From an uncultured candidate division Zixibacteria bacterium (GTDB lineage Bacteria; Zixibacteria; MSB-5A5; UBA10806), in assembly GCA_963801605.1 (NCBI GenBank), contig CAWDFP010000010.1, positions 1 to 29,599 on the forward strand: a stretch of DNA of 29,599 bases, written 5' to 3'. Below are positions 9,906 through 21,531 of this stretch, in pieces. The notes beneath the pieces are model-generated. The model made no database searches, was not told the origin of the DNA, and saw nothing but the letters and a program-made list of their open reading frames with translations. The translations under genes and the position numbers were made by a program. Numbering within the stretch: the first letter of the stretch is position 1; each line of letters starts with the position of its first letter.

Positions 9906-10625
9906 ATGGCAAAGCAAAATGAGATCCTGACCGCCTACAAGATCTCCAAAATCAAGCCTCTTACTCACGATACCAGTCAGTTTACATTTTCTATACCAAA
10001 CCAAATGGGATTTTCATTTTTTCCCGGCGATCACATGAAGATCTACCCCGATCCCGATGACCATGTCGAATGGCGTCCCTATACGCCTACAACAGTACCC
10101 GGCCTGGCGACCAGTTTGATTTGATTATCAAGAGATACAGCGACGGTATTGTATCGCGCTATGTACATGAACGTGATGAAGACGATACGATCTGGATGAG
10201 CGGACCGCATGAAGGCGGCCACTATATTTCCGGTATGGCGCGAAAATATTGCCATGGTGGCCGGGCGGTACGGGTATCACTCCCATGATTTCCATGATAC
10301 GTACCATTCTCGCAGAAAATTCGGATACCAGGATAAATCTGGTGTTCTCCAACAAGAACTATCGATGACATCATTCTCAAGGATGAATTCGATGACTATG
10401 CAGCAAAATATCCGCGATTTAAGCGATTTTACGTTTTGGAAAATCCCCGGAGAACTGGGAAATGGGAAGAGGCAGAATCGATAGCGAGATTTTAAAGAGC
10501 ACATTTATTCCCGGCATCGACGGATTCGGTAGCGTTTGTTTGCGGGCCCCCAATGATGCAAATCGAGCTTCGCAAGAAGCTGATTGCATTGGGTTATGCT
10601 CCAGGATAGTGTTATTTTCCCGTAG
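9906..10625 (+). CDS. FNR/cytochrome-b5-reductase family FAD/NAD(P)-dependent oxidoreductase (multiple frameshifts)
   Basis: Across frames: LTHDT..F.F, RPYTP, IKRYSDGIVSRY, GPHEG, MVAG-GTGITPMISM, FVCGPPMM. Ends VIFP-TAG at 10625. Confidence 0.8.
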
Positions 10626-10656
10626 CACAAAATTAGAGCTTGTTCAATCAAGCAAA

Positions 10657-10684
10657 CATGGGACGTGAATAATCACGTCCCATG
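10657..10684. terminator. Hairpin terminator between convergent genes
   Basis: Perfect 12-bp stem CATGGGACGTGA-ATAA-TCACGTCCCATG. Confidence 0.75.
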
Positions 10685-10719
10685 CTATTTTGGAATACTG
10701 CCCTGCTATTAGAATAGTA

Positions 10720-11142
10720 TTACTGAATTCTTTCGTAAGCAGTGGATGTATTGTCCTGAATCAGCGTTAAAGTGTTGGATTCAATGCTCATACTGCACGA
10801 TGCTGTTACCCATCCTGTAATATTCATATCGATTCGGTTGCCCGATACAAAATAAGTACCATCATTGACGTGCTGGGATACTCCGGCGGCATTGAAGAAT
10901 TCGATCTGCGCGGTGCCGTTAGAGTTAAATGTCAATATCTGATAGTCGCCCGGAGCCTGATTATGGCGCCATTCGCCGACAACTTCAAGATAGCCTCCCG
11001 AATAATCGGCCCCGAAACTGCCATATCCTCCGATATGCCCGCCGGTAACACCCTCAGGGTCATTGCCGGCCAGATGTCCGCAACCGGAGATAAGAAGCAA
11101 ACCCGCAAAGAAAACAGAAACAAGTATTATTGAGCGTCGCAT
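10720..11142 (-). CDS. Lipoprotein, lipocalin-like beta-rich domain
   Basis: GGAGG RBS, lipobox LISGC, VVGEW...LTFNSNGT...GTY pattern. Confidence 0.75.
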   Translation of the reverse strand: MRRSIILVSVFFAGLLLISGCGHLAGNDPEGVTGGHIGGYGSFGADYSGGYLEVVGEWRHNQAPGDYQILTFNSNGTAQIEFFNAAGVSQHVNDGTYFVSGNRIDMNITGWVTASCSMSIESNTLTLIQDNTSTAYERIQ

Positions 11143-11161
11143 AAAATTTACCTCCCGCTGG

Positions 11162-12306
11162 TTAGAATTTATAGGTTAATGACAGCCTGCGGGCCATCGG
11201 TTCTGTGGTGCCGCTGACGAAATTCGGGCCATCGAAGAACAACCCTTCGTTGATGGCGGCATCGAGTATGAAATCACCGAAATTGAAGCCGAGCCCGAAA
11301 GAGACGTTAAACTCCGAGGCGCGGGTCGTGCTTTTGGATTCGGTTCCGCCCTCAGGTTTGAACTTGTCAGTGACGCTCTGATAAACCTGAGCCGCGCCTA
11401 GACGGCCCTGTCAGCCAAGGCTTAATCTCCGATTCGGCACCCATATAGAGGCCCGGGAATGTTGTGCGAGCGGTGGTAAATTCTCCGTCGCCACCTGGAT
11501 AATCTTTTCTGTCCTCTTTAGAGCTTTGTACACCGAGATAGCTCTACAGCCATCACCAGCAGGTTTTTATCGTTGAGTTCATGGTTGACTCCAACCCCCA
11601 GACCCAAATTCATATCGGTGTAATCGACGCTGGTGGTACCTGGCTCGTAATTAGAAGAGGTTGAGCGGTAGTTTAAGAGCACTACGGGTACGAGCTTGGT
11701 GGTTTCTCCATGGAAAAGCCGCCCAGCCAGACCGACTCCAAATCCGCCCCAGTCAGTGGAATTATCGGCGGTATCGTATTTGGCATTAGGTAACTCTATG
11801 AATGCACCAAGATCCATACCCTCGTTGGATATGCCGGCGCCTAAAGCCATATATCTGGCCGATTCCTTGATCTCATCATCGCCGACATCGCGCTTGGCGG
11901 CATCGAGGCCGATCGAGAGTCGGAGTCCAAGATCAAATTGCGACATCTGGACACCGTAGAAGAAATCGGTGGTATGATTGAGCGTGACATTCTGTACGAT
12001 ATTTGGCCTGATTGCAAGGGGAATGGGGCGATTCAAGTAAACGCCAACCACTGCATAATCGCCCAGGGGATAGTGAATGCCAACCGAATAAGAATTATCG
12101 TTATTCTTAACGCGGAGTTCGCCTACAACCTGCCCCGAATATGTATAGATGGCTCCGGGGAAATAAAAGATATTGGAATTATCGTGTGTGTAGAAACCAA
12201 TACCGCCCATGGTCCCTACGCGCGTCTCGGTAGCTGCCGCACCGGAAAATAAGGCAATAACCAGGCCCAGCGCGACGCTTGCGGCTAATAAGTTTTTTCT
12301 CGACAT
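11162..12306 (-). CDS. Outer-membrane beta-barrel protein/porin (frameshifts near 11540 and 11410)
   Basis: AAGGAG RBS, signal peptide, amphipathic beta-strands. The repaired C-terminus FGLGFNFGDFILDAAINEGLFFDGPNFVSG...RLSLTYKF-stop (TAA 11162-11164) ends in Phe, typical of BAM substrates. Confidence 0.8.
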
Positions 12307-12503
12307 TTATCAAGTCTCCTTTACGTTCGAGATTTAAGTCTTGTCAGTTGCTTTGTACATCGGCTCACAGGATCGTCTTATTTTTTGAAATCCACCTCCT
12401 TCATAATCCGTGTCTGGCCGTTAAAACCAACTTTTTGAGTACGGGTAAGTATTTATTCTCAAATTAACACTAAGCTAAACAGACTGCATTTCCGGAGTCG
12501 GCA

Positions 12504-12568
12504 ATTATAATTATCCCATATTCTCTTTCAAGAGCATGATTATCCGAAATATATCGCCCTTCTGTCAA
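12504..12568 (-). promoter_or_regulatory. Two candidate tandem sigma70 promoters for the OMP gene
   Basis: TTGACA(12568-12563)-18-GATAAT(12544-12539) and TTGAAA(12531-12526)-16-TATAAT(12509-12504). Confidence 0.5.
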
Positions 12569-12751
12569 GCATTTTTTATCGCTTCATACTATGTAAACGG
12601 CGATAAAACACTCTCGGTTTTATTCCCGATTTTCAATCTCCAAATAATTTTGATGAATGCGGCAGTAGCAGAGCCTCGAAATGGCGCCCGTTTTCGACAG
12701 AGCGGGTTAAAACGAAAACCGGTAATCTTATGCCCGGAACTTCCTGAAATT

Positions 12752-13551
12752 CTACTTGTGGTAATATCCCATAGCCTCGGGAATAAGGCTTTCTATATTC
12801 CTAATCCTGGTTTCATCCGATGGATGAGTGCTTAAAAATTCCGGGGGTGCGCCACCCTGTTTATAATTAGCCATCCTCTTCCAAAAATCAACCGCTCCAT
12901 GAGGGTCATAGCCAGCCATGGCCATGAAAATAAGCCCAATGCGGTCGGCCTCGGATTCTTGCAGACGGCCATATGGCAACAAGACACCAACAGTCGCCCC
13001 CAGGCCATAGGCCGACATGAAGAGGGCCTTGGTTTGCTCCGGCTTCTTATCGAGCGCGGCCGATAAGGCCATACCGCCAAATTGCGCCAGCAACCCCTGG
13101 CTCATCCTCTCATCGCCATGCTGCGCTATGGCGTGGGCGATCTCATGCCCCATTACGACAGCCAGGCCGTTATCGTCTTTGGTAAGCGGCAATATACCGG
13201 TATAGACTACAACCTTGCCGCCCAGGCATGCACCATGCGTTGACCTGCGAATCGACAACGAGATTGAATTGCCAATTATAGTTGCGTAGCTTATTGGATT
13301 GGTTTTGCTGCGCAAAATAAGACTCCACTGCCCCCTGGATTTTTTTGCCCACACGCTTGACTGTGGCGGTCGCCACGCGATCGCTACTAACCTTATTGCT
13401 ATCCAAAAACTCCTTATACTGTTGGGCGCTCAGCGAATTAATGGTTGATTCTGGCACTAATGAAAGCTGTCGTCGGCCGGTAATAGGCACAATGGCGCAG
13501 GCAATAACCACTAATAAAATAGTGATTAGTCATGAAAAACCTTTTAAACAT
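12752..13551 (-). CDS. M48 family Zn metallopeptidase lipoprotein (Oma1/LoiP-like), frameshifted
   Basis: GGAGG RBS before ATG 13551. Lipobox VIAC then VPITGRRQL, VNAWCMPG-GKVVVYTG, HEIAH, ESEADRIG, FLSTHPS. Confidence 0.92.
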
Positions 13552-13722
13552 AAGTCCTCCCCAATAGTCGAATTACGTTCCTATACTTCACAAAGATATG
13601 CGTCTACAAAGCATCTATGTAAACTTTAAGTTGTCGGAAAAGGTTTTGCAAGTTTTTTCTATATGAAATATAAGAAATTGTAATTCGCCAGCCTTAAAAT
13701 AGATAAATTTGAGCGATGACTT

Positions 13723-14822
13723 CTATTCCACGCGCTTGGAAAACCTGAGCCATGAAAAGGTAAACAGCACCAACCCGAAAACAATCATGGCGATTATCTC
13801 CGGATAAAGGACATCGAGAGAGGCGCCCTTCATCATAATACCGCGGACTATTTTCATGAAATAGCGCAGAGGATTAAGATATGTGAGATACTGAATGCTC
13901 TGTGGCATATTTGCGATAGGAGTAAAAAAACCGGATGTCAGCAATGCGAAATATCGAAAAAAACCAGGCGTAAAACATCGCCTGCTGTTGGCTGCCGGCG
14001 ATTGTCGAAATGAACATACCGATTCCCAGCGATGTGAACAAGTAAATGAAAGAGAGGGCGTAAAGCAGACCCCCAGGAACCGACAAAAGGAATTTGAAAC
14101 CAGGTAATCCCGAAAAAGAGCGCCACCGACATCTCTATAAAACCGAGAATAGCGAAAGGTATAAGTTTACCCAGTATCAATGCCGGAGTACTGATCGGTG
14201 TCACCACAAGTTGCTCCAGGGTGCCGATTTCCCGCTCCCTGACAATAGCCATCGAGGTCAGCATCATGGTTATCATTGTCAGTAGCAACGCCACAATCCC
14301 GGGTACCATGAAGTTAATCGATTGCGCCTCCGGATTATAGAGTCGTCGTTGCTCCAACTTGATAGGAATATCAAGCCCGGTAACTTTTTTGTTGAACTGC
14401 GATGTGATGACATTGGTATATCCCATCGCAATGGAGGCCGAATTGGCATTTGTGCCGTCAATAAGCATTCCCACTGTCACTGGCTCTCCCGTACGCAGCT
14501 TCTCCGAAAACCCTTTGGGAATAGTCATGGCTACAGTGTAATCGTTTTCTTTGAAACCAATATCGGCATCCAGAATAGTATATGGCGAGTGACCCGGTAA
14601 TAAGTAATCGCCGGCCGAAAGCGAGCTGACATATTCGCGCGAAAGTTCGCTTTTGTCATTATCATAAATGGCGGTGTAGATATATTTGACATCGGTATTA
14701 ACCGCATATCCCAAAACCAGAAGCTGAAAAATAGGCATGATGAAGATCATTCTAAGCATGTTGCGATCTCGAACGATCTGCAGAAATTCCTTTTTCATCA
14801 CACCCAATATCATCCGCCTCAT
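13723..14822 (-). CDS. ABC-2 type permease (YbhR-like), frameshifted
   Basis: KEFLQIVRD, AIVREREIGTLEQLVVTP, SGFFTPIANMP, NPLRYF. Confidence 0.9.
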
Positions 14823-14826
14823 AAAA

Positions 14827-15939
14827 TCACCCTATTTTGAACTTAAACTTTTTGGAGGCCACGAAAAGCAGGAAGCTGTCAATAACACCAGAAATGTAGC
14901 CGCAACCCAGAGAACCGAGATATCCGAACCTTTGAGCATGATCCCCCTGATAATCAGGATAAAATATCTGGCAGGTACCAGATAGGTGACATCACTGAAG
15001 GAATTGCGGCATATTCTTTATATCAAAGATATATCCGGATAACATCACCGACGGCATGACAGTCAGAAGCTGAGCCATCATCATGGCTAATTGTTGGGTT
15101 GCCACCAGGGTCGAGATGAGAATGCCGAGAGAGAGCGCGGCGATAATGTATATGACGCCGAAGAACAGTAGGAGTAAGGCCGAACCCGCAAATGGAACAC
15201 CAAATATAAATAGGGCAAACAGAATTACGAGTATGGCATCGAGAAGCGCCAGGCCTATATACGGCAGTACCTTGCCGGATAATTATCTCTCGCGGAGTAA
15301 CGGGAGCGGTAAGAAGCTGCTCCATAGTCCCGGTTTCTTTTTCGCGGGCGATAGTCACCGATGTTAGCAGGGCGGAAATCATCATCAGGATAACCGCAAT
15401 CAGCCCGGGAACAAAGAAATGTGATGATTTTAGATCGCGTATTATAGAGAATATGCGGAGCTAATTTCACCCCCGGTATTTTTGTACCGAGGCGGCATAC
15501 GATCCTGAAGAAATCGGTTGTAGGACAATACTGGAATAGCTCGACGTCGCCGCCGATGTGTTGGCATCGGAACCATCTATAAGAATTCCGAGCTGATACT
15601 TGGACATATTACTGATGGCATCGGCGAAACCCTGCTTGATAATCAGTACACCGCTGGCTGCCTCCCGAACGCATTATCTTCTCGGGATCCATTAGATCAG
15701 GTTCGTCCTCGGGCGGAATAAAATATCCGGAATTGTAAAAACCATTGATAAGCTGACGGGAATCGGATGATTTGTCGAAATCGAGTACGGCCAGTTTGAT
15801 ATTTTTTATATCGAGATTGATGGCATAACCATAAAGGAATGTCATCAGCACTGGCATCATAATGGCAATCATTAGTGAACGGGAATCGCGCAGGATATGC
15901 CTGACTTCCTTGCGGGCGATAAATAAGTATATTACGCAT
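14827..15939 (-). CDS. ABC-2 type permease (YbhS-like), several frameshifts
   Basis: YGYAINLDIK, IAREKETGTMEQLLTAP, PARYF...RGIMLKG. Ends KFKFKIG-TGA at 14827. Start overlaps the upstream ATPase stop. Confidence 0.88.
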
Positions 15940-16673
15940 TATTTTCGCCTCCCGAAATCAGGTAGATGAAAGTCTCCTGCAGATCAGGCATTTTATACTT
16001 TTCGATCAATTCCTGAGGATTGCCGATCTCGATAATTTTTCCGCGATGCATGATTGAAATGCGGCGGCAGAATTCGGCCTCATCCATATAATGAGTTGTG
16101 ACAAAAAGGGTGGTCCCCTGATCGGCCAGCCTATAGAGCATCTCCCAGAAACGGCGTCGGAAAACGGGATCTACGCCGCCGGTAGGTTCATCGAGAAATA
16201 ATATCTTGGGGCGATGCAGCAGCGATGCCGCCAGGGCAAGCCGCTGACGCCATCCGGTCGGCAATGCCCCTGCGGGACGGGTAATAAATTCCTTGAGATC
16301 GAGAGTCTCGGAAAGCTCCGCGATTCTATCTCTCAGCGCAGGTCTGGGAATTTCATAGATGGAGCCGTAAAACCAGAGGTTTTCATATCCGGTCAAGTCC
16401 TGATAGAGCGAAAATTTCTGCGACATGTATCCGATACTGCGCTTGATACTTTCGCTTTCGCCGAAAAATATCGAATCCCGCGACAGTGCCGCTTTCCCGA
16501 TGTCGGCAACAGCAGCCCGCAGAGCATCCTGATAGCGGTTGTCTTGCCGGCTCCGTTGGCCCCCAAAAAACCGAATATCTCCCCCTTCTCGACATTCAAG
16601 CTGATATTATCGACAGCCGTAAAACCATCGAACTTTTTTGGTGAGATGATCTAATGTTAACCGCGAAATCCAT
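15932..16673 (-). CDS. ABC transporter ATP-binding protein (YbhF second-domain-like), frameshifted
   Basis: ATG overlaps the upstream TGA (TGATG). [42 protein letters not shown]. Confidence 0.9.
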
Positions 16674-17583
16674 CACTTGCCCATAAACTGAATAAAGGTG
16701 TCTTCAAGCTCCGGTTCTATCGGAATCAACATATCCGGCTTGATGCCGAGCTTCATCAAATCCTCATAATAGTTTTCAATCAATACGAATTGGATGTATA
16801 AACATGAATCGATGACCCGAATCGCCGCGATGTTAAGCCCTCGATACGATTAAGATCCTGCATTCTCTCGGCAGTCGGATTAAGATCCACCCGATACACT
16901 TTTCCATCGAACAGCCGCACCAGTTCTGCCGGTGTTCCCTCGGCCAGCTTCTTACCGCCAAAAATAAAAATAGCCCTATCCGACATGGCAACTTCGTCCA
17001 TGTAGGGAGTCGAAACAACTATGGTTGATCCGCTCTGTCTCAGGCTTTTAAGGATATCCCAGAATTGCCGTCGCGATAGCGGATCGACTCCGGTGGTCGG
17101 CTCATCGAGCACTAGCACTTGCGGATCATGTACCAGCGCGCAACTTAAGGCCAGTTTCTGTTTCATACCGCCTGAAAGCGCCCCAGCCCGACGATCATGA
17201 AATGGCCCCAGGCCGGAAAATTCATAAAGTCGTTTTTTCTTTCATGTCATACTGCCTTCCGCTTGATCCCGAACAGACCAGCGTAGAATGAGAGATTTTC
17301 CTCTACCGATAAATCGGGGTAAAGCGAAAAATTCTGCGGCATATATCCCAAGAGCGGCTTGATTTTGTCGAAACTGCGTATCGACATTATAACCGGCGAT
17401 TTTCATCTCCCCTGAGTCATAGGTAATCAGGCCGCATATGGCGCGAAAAGTCGATGTTTTGCCTGCGCCATCAGGGCCAACCACGGCCAATATTTCGCCT
17501 TTTTCGGCCGCGAGACTAAAATCGTCAACGGCCTTAAGAGTACCATAGCTCTTGGAGAGATTCTTTATCTCGATTACGCTCAT
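16673..17583 (-). CDS. ABC transporter ATP-binding protein (YbhF first-domain-like), frameshifted
   Basis: [35 protein letters not shown]. Ends [14 protein letters not shown]. Confidence 0.9.
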
Positions 17584-18458
17584 TTGACAACCGCTGCCAC
17601 CGGCATCCCGATTTTTAGAACTTGATTTGGATTAGGTATGGTAATCTTGATTGCATACAAAAGGCCGGCGCGAGCTTCTTTGGTTTGTACGTTTTTCGGA
17701 GTAAATTCGGCCTCGGATGAAATCCAACTGATATGACCCTCTAAAGCGGCGCTATGACCGTCCTCCGGGTCTATCGATGCCATATCACCTAATTTGATAT
17801 TAGTCAGGTCGGCGGGAGGCAGGTATATTTTCACCCAGACAGTATCGAGCTTCGCCAGACGGATAAGAGGCTTTCCTATAGCTATTAATTCTCCCATTTC
17901 CGGATATTTTTCGACAATTGTACCGTTAATCGGGGAAACGGGATAACTATCGTTAAGCTGCTTTTGCAGTATATTAATTTGGGCCTGAGCATTCGCGAAA
18001 TCAGCTTTTGAGACTGAAAGCGACGCCTGCGATTGTTCGCCTGCCAGAGTCGCCTGTTCAAGAGCCGTTTTTACCTGGTCAAATTGCTGCTGAGTAGCCG
18101 ATCCCGTCGTTATCAAAGACGAAACCCGGTCGTACTCCTTGCGCGCAAGCTGAAGGTTGTTTGCCGCCTGTCGAATACTGATTTGCGCCACCTGAATTCT
18201 GGTCTGAGCAGCCTCGGCAGCCGACTCCGCCTGACGAAGCCTTAGTACAGTCGTAGTCGTATCGATCATGGCTATGGTATCGCCAATAGCGACATTCTGT
18301 CCTTCATCGAAATAGATTGCCTTGAGCTGTCCGCCAGTTTCGGCTGAAAGCGTGACCTCGGTCGCCTCGATCAGGCCCGATCCCTGAGGCAGCTTGTTAT
18401 TTTTGCCGCAGGATAACATTAGAATCGCGGCCAATGCAAAGGTCATTGCATTTCTCAT
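17580..18458 (-). CDS. HlyD family efflux periplasmic adaptor (YbhG-like), lipoprotein
   Basis: MRNAMTFALAAILMLSC, SGLIEATEV, coiled coil, SPING, SEAEFTPKNVQT, LKIGMP. Confidence 0.92.
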   Translation of the reverse strand: MRNAMTFALAAILMLSCGKNNKLPQGSGLIEATEVTLSAETGGQLKAIYFDEGQNVAIGDTIAMIDTTTTVLRLRQAESAAEAAQTRIQVAQISIRQAANNLQLARKEYDRVSSLITTGSATQQQFDQVKTALEQATLAGEQSQASLSVSKADFANAQAQINILQKQLNDSYPVSPINGTIVEKYPEMGELIAIGKPLIRLAKLDTVWVKIYLPPADLTNIKLGDMASIDPEDGHSAALEGHISWISSEAEFTPKNVQTKEARAGLLYAIKITIPNPNQVLKIGMPVAAVVK

Positions 18459-18459
18459 A

Positions 18460-19765
18460 TTAGAATCCTCCGTAAATTCTCGGCGAACCGATTGCATAAA
18501 GATATTCAGTTTCCGAAAGGAAGTAATTTATCTTCGATGCTTTATACATTTGCTCTATCGATGTCAAATCGGACTCCAGCTCCAGTAGTCTGTTTAGGGA
18601 AATACTCCCAGCCCGTTGTTTCTCGAATCCTATGCGGTATTGCTTTTCCGCAATATCGTATTGTCGTCCGGAAATGGTGTAGTTATCATAAGCCTGACGA
18701 AGATTCTCGAGAGCTATTTTTGCCTGCAAGGCCAGAGTCTCTGCCAGATCATCACGAGCGGCCATTGCGGAATTGGCTGTATTTTTAGCCGATGAAATAT
18801 TTTTAAAAGCCCGCCCGCCGAGATTGAAATCCCAGGTCAGATTTAATCCGGCAGTCCAGTAATCGTTCCAGGTTTTATTGAACGTATCGCGATTTGGCCT
18901 ACCATAAGAGTAACCGCCATAACTATTGAGCGATGGCAGTAATCCAGCTTTATTGAGATTTATCTGGAACTTGGCGGCTTGCGCCCTGCTTCTCAAGCGC
19001 CCTTAATTCGGGCCTGGAAATATCGGAACTGTTAAGCCTGGTATTTTGATAATTGTTTATATCTGGTAATGGCAAGGAATCAATCGGAGTAATTTCATCG
19101 TCGAGGCCAGTCAGTCGTCCCATAAGGAGACCAGAGTTTCGTTCTGATGTCTGACGCTCCGAATATGCCTGGTCGGCTTTCTGCAACGCCAACTCCGCTT
19201 CGAGAATATTCGAGGAATCGGCCATACCCTGCGAATAGAGATTAGAGACATCCATCTTGATGAGTTGAATCCGCTCCAGCGAGGCTTTTGTCGAGGCTGT
19301 CAATGCCTCGGAAATCATCATTCCGAGATATGCTCGTCGGGTGGAATAAGCGATTTCAAGCCGCCTGGCTTCGAGGCTGGCGCCACGAGACAGAGATAAG
19401 GCTTGTTGCGCCCGAATTTGACTTGTGATTCTGCCTCCGGCGTAAAGCGGCAATACCAGCTTGAAATCGGCCTGATAATTATCGTGAACGCCAAGTTCGA
19501 TCGATGAAAAGCCAATTTTTGCGACGGGGATATCATCGACATAATAGGAGGTGGCGTTGAGTGAGAGCGATGGGTATCGCGCGGCTCTGGCGGCGCCATA
19601 GTCATCGGATGCCGATAATGAATCATATCTCGCCCCGGCAATTCCGAGCGAATGATCCTGGGCCAGACGTTGCGCGGCATCGAGTGTGAGTTCAGTCTCA
19701 GCCAAGGTGGATTGCGCCAATAAAAAGCCGAAAAGCAGAACGGAAAAGGCTATCACGCCTCTCAT
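18460..19765 (-). CDS. TolC family outer-membrane efflux protein (frameshift near 18985)
   Basis: Signal peptide MRGVIAFSV..., RYPSLSL, LPLYAGG, RPEL, LLPSL, WDFNLGG. Position within the efflux operon fits. Confidence 0.9.
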
Positions 19766-19766
19766 A

Positions 19767-20363
19767 TTATTTCTTAACAAGGCCGTACAGATAGAGATCG
19801 GCGATCTCTTTTGGCCTCTCGCGGCGGAATTTTTCGACATCATCAATCTCCCAGACTTTATTCATGAATGGAGCCATTATAAGATAAAATATATTCATCC
19901 CTAAAAATGATATCATGGCTTGTTTGCTATCGAGATTTCGGAATTTGCCATCGGCGATACCCTTATCAATCATCTGTCGCATTTTCGAAATCAGGTTTCG
20001 TTCCGACATGACCTTGGCAATCGCGCTCTTAAATGTCTCACCGCCGCTGGCAACCTCGCGCAGAATAATCGGGACAAATAAAGCGGTGCCAGCCGGCATC
20101 GAGTAATAATATTCTGAGGCTTTACGAATCAGGATTTCCGGATCGGATTCTTCGATCATCGCGCGCTCCCAAAAATCTCCGATCATTTTCACATGGCTTT
20201 CGATTATGGCGCGATACAGGTTTTCTTTTGACTGAAAATGATAATAGATCATCGCTTTATTTACGCCGGCCAGATCGGCGATTTTATCGACTCGAGCCCC
20301 ATCGAAACCGTGATGCGCAAATTCAGATTGGGCAGATTCGAGTATTTTTTCGCGAGTATCCAT
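19767..20363 (-). CDS. TetR/AcrR family transcriptional regulator
   Basis: KILESAQSEFAHHGFDGARVDKIADLAGVNKAMIYYHFQSKENLY helix-turn-helix. Confidence 0.95.
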   Translation of the reverse strand: MDTREKILESAQSEFAHHGFDGARVDKIADLAGVNKAMIYYHFQSKENLYRAIIESHVKMIGDFWERAMIEESDPEILIRKASEYYYSMPAGTALFVPIILREVASGGETFKSAIAKVMSERNLISKMRQMIDKGIADGKFRNLDSKQAMISFLGMNIFYLIMAPFMNKVWEIDDVEKFRRERPKEIADLYLYGLVKK

Positions 20364-20383
20364 TTCATTGTCCTTTTCGACAT

Positions 20384-20424
20384 TATTATCTAACTGTTTA
20401 GTTTAACTAAACGTTTAGATAATA
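20384..20424. promoter_or_regulatory. 41-bp inverted repeat, probable TetR operator
   Basis: TATTATCTAA-ct-GTTTAGTT-t-AACTAAAC-gt-TTAGATAATA, about 20 bp upstream of the tetR start. Confidence 0.75.
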
Positions 20425-20509
20425 TAAAAGTTTCAAAAATCAAGATATTTTTATAGAAAATACTATAAGACATTACTGTCTAATGGCTTACGAAAGGGAT
20501 GCGGCTGCC

Positions 20510-20544
20510 AAAAAAACGCCCGCGGCATCTAAGCCACGGGCGTT
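20510..20544 (-). terminator. Intrinsic terminator of the ACP-ligase-NadE unit
   Basis: Minus strand AACGCCCG-t-GGC-ttagat-GCC-g-CGGGCGTT running into a T tract. Confidence 0.8.
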
Positions 20545-20571
20545 AATTATTTCTAAGATCATTCTATCTAA

Positions 20572-21531
20572 TTAGACACCGATTGGCGGCATTCTTAAAT
20601 AATCCGTTGTAGTTTTCTTGGTTTTAAAGTCGTGCCAGACACGCTGTACCTGATCAGTGGTCAGTCCCATGACCTTGGCTACTTCCTCAACTGGGTAGTT
20701 GTTATCCATGGCATACCAGAGAAGATCCATCATTTCGAATTTCAGACCGTAGAAGAATTCCTCCTGGCTGACCTCGGACGGATAAGTATCGGTAGTGGGA
20801 GTACGTTTCTGAATAGATTCGGGCACGCCGAGATAGGCGGCCAACTGGAATACCTGTGTCTTGAAGAATCTGGCTATCGGCATGGTATCAACTCCGCCAT
20901 CGCCATATTTCACGAAGAATCCCTGATCGTACTCGTTCTTATTCGATGTCCCGATGACGGCGTAGTTGTGAGCCTCGGCGTGATAGTAAAGTGTCATCAT
21001 GCGAATGCGCTGCTTCATATTGGATGCCGCTACTATCTGCAGATAGGCTTTCAACGGCAGACGTTTTTCCATCGGCTCCCCTTGCGGTGATTTCACCCAC
21101 AAGCGGTAGATGTTGAAGCGATCGGAATCGAGGACATTAGTCGGCAATACGATCTTGGCTTGCCATCCGTCTTTCCACTCAGGGAACACCTGACGAAAAG
21201 CGCCATCGCGGTAATGATAGCAGCCGGCCCCCTTAAGGGCCTCAGTGATATCGTTGACCTCGTATTTATAGCCGTAGCGGTCGGCCAATTCGATTGCCAG
21301 AGCCTTGGAATCCGGAGAGGAATCCTTATCCGGCAACATAATCGCGAGCATTCTCTCGGGGCCGAAAGCCCTGGCGCAAAGGGCCGCAACAACGGCTGAA
21401 TCGATACCGCCGGATGTTCCGACGATTGCCCCTTGACGTTTGAGTTGTACGAACACTTCTGACCTGAGCTGTTCGACCAACTCATTAACCGTCTTTTCAC
21501 AATCAAGTTGTAGTGATTTTCTGGAAAACAC
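20572..21531 (-). CDS. nadE: NH3-dependent NAD(+) synthetase-like protein with a large insertion; in frame with the upstream ligase but has its own RBS and GTG
   Basis: PP-loop SGGIDS, ASNMKQRIRM, GTSNKNE, GFFVKYGDG, KTQV..LA, PTTD. AAGGAG lies 6 nt before GTG 21531. Confidence 0.8.
   Translation of the reverse strand: MFSRKSLQLDCEKTVNELVEQLRSEVFVQLKRQGAIVGTSGGIDSAVVAALCARAFGPERMLAIMLPDKDSSPDSKALAIELADRYGYKYEVNDITEALKGAGCYHYRDGAFRQVFPEWKDGWQAKIVLPTNVLDSDRFNIYRLWVKSPQGEPMEKRLPLKAYLQIVAASNMKQRIRMMTLYYHAEAHNYAVIGTSNKNEYDQGFFVKYGDGGVDTMPIARFFKTQVFQLAAYLGVPESIQKRTPTTDTYPSEVSQEEFFYGLKFEMMDLLWYAMDNNYPVEEVAKVMGLTTDQVQRVWHDFKTKKTTTDYLRMPPIGV

Noticed and set aside
16671..16675. Programmed readthrough joining the two ABC ATPases
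   Set aside because: A TGATG stop/start overlap is ordinary translational coupling.
13723..20363. Novel secretion system
   Set aside because: Matches the common YbhGFSR-type efflux architecture with TolC and TetR. Two separate ATPase genes is an ordinary variant.
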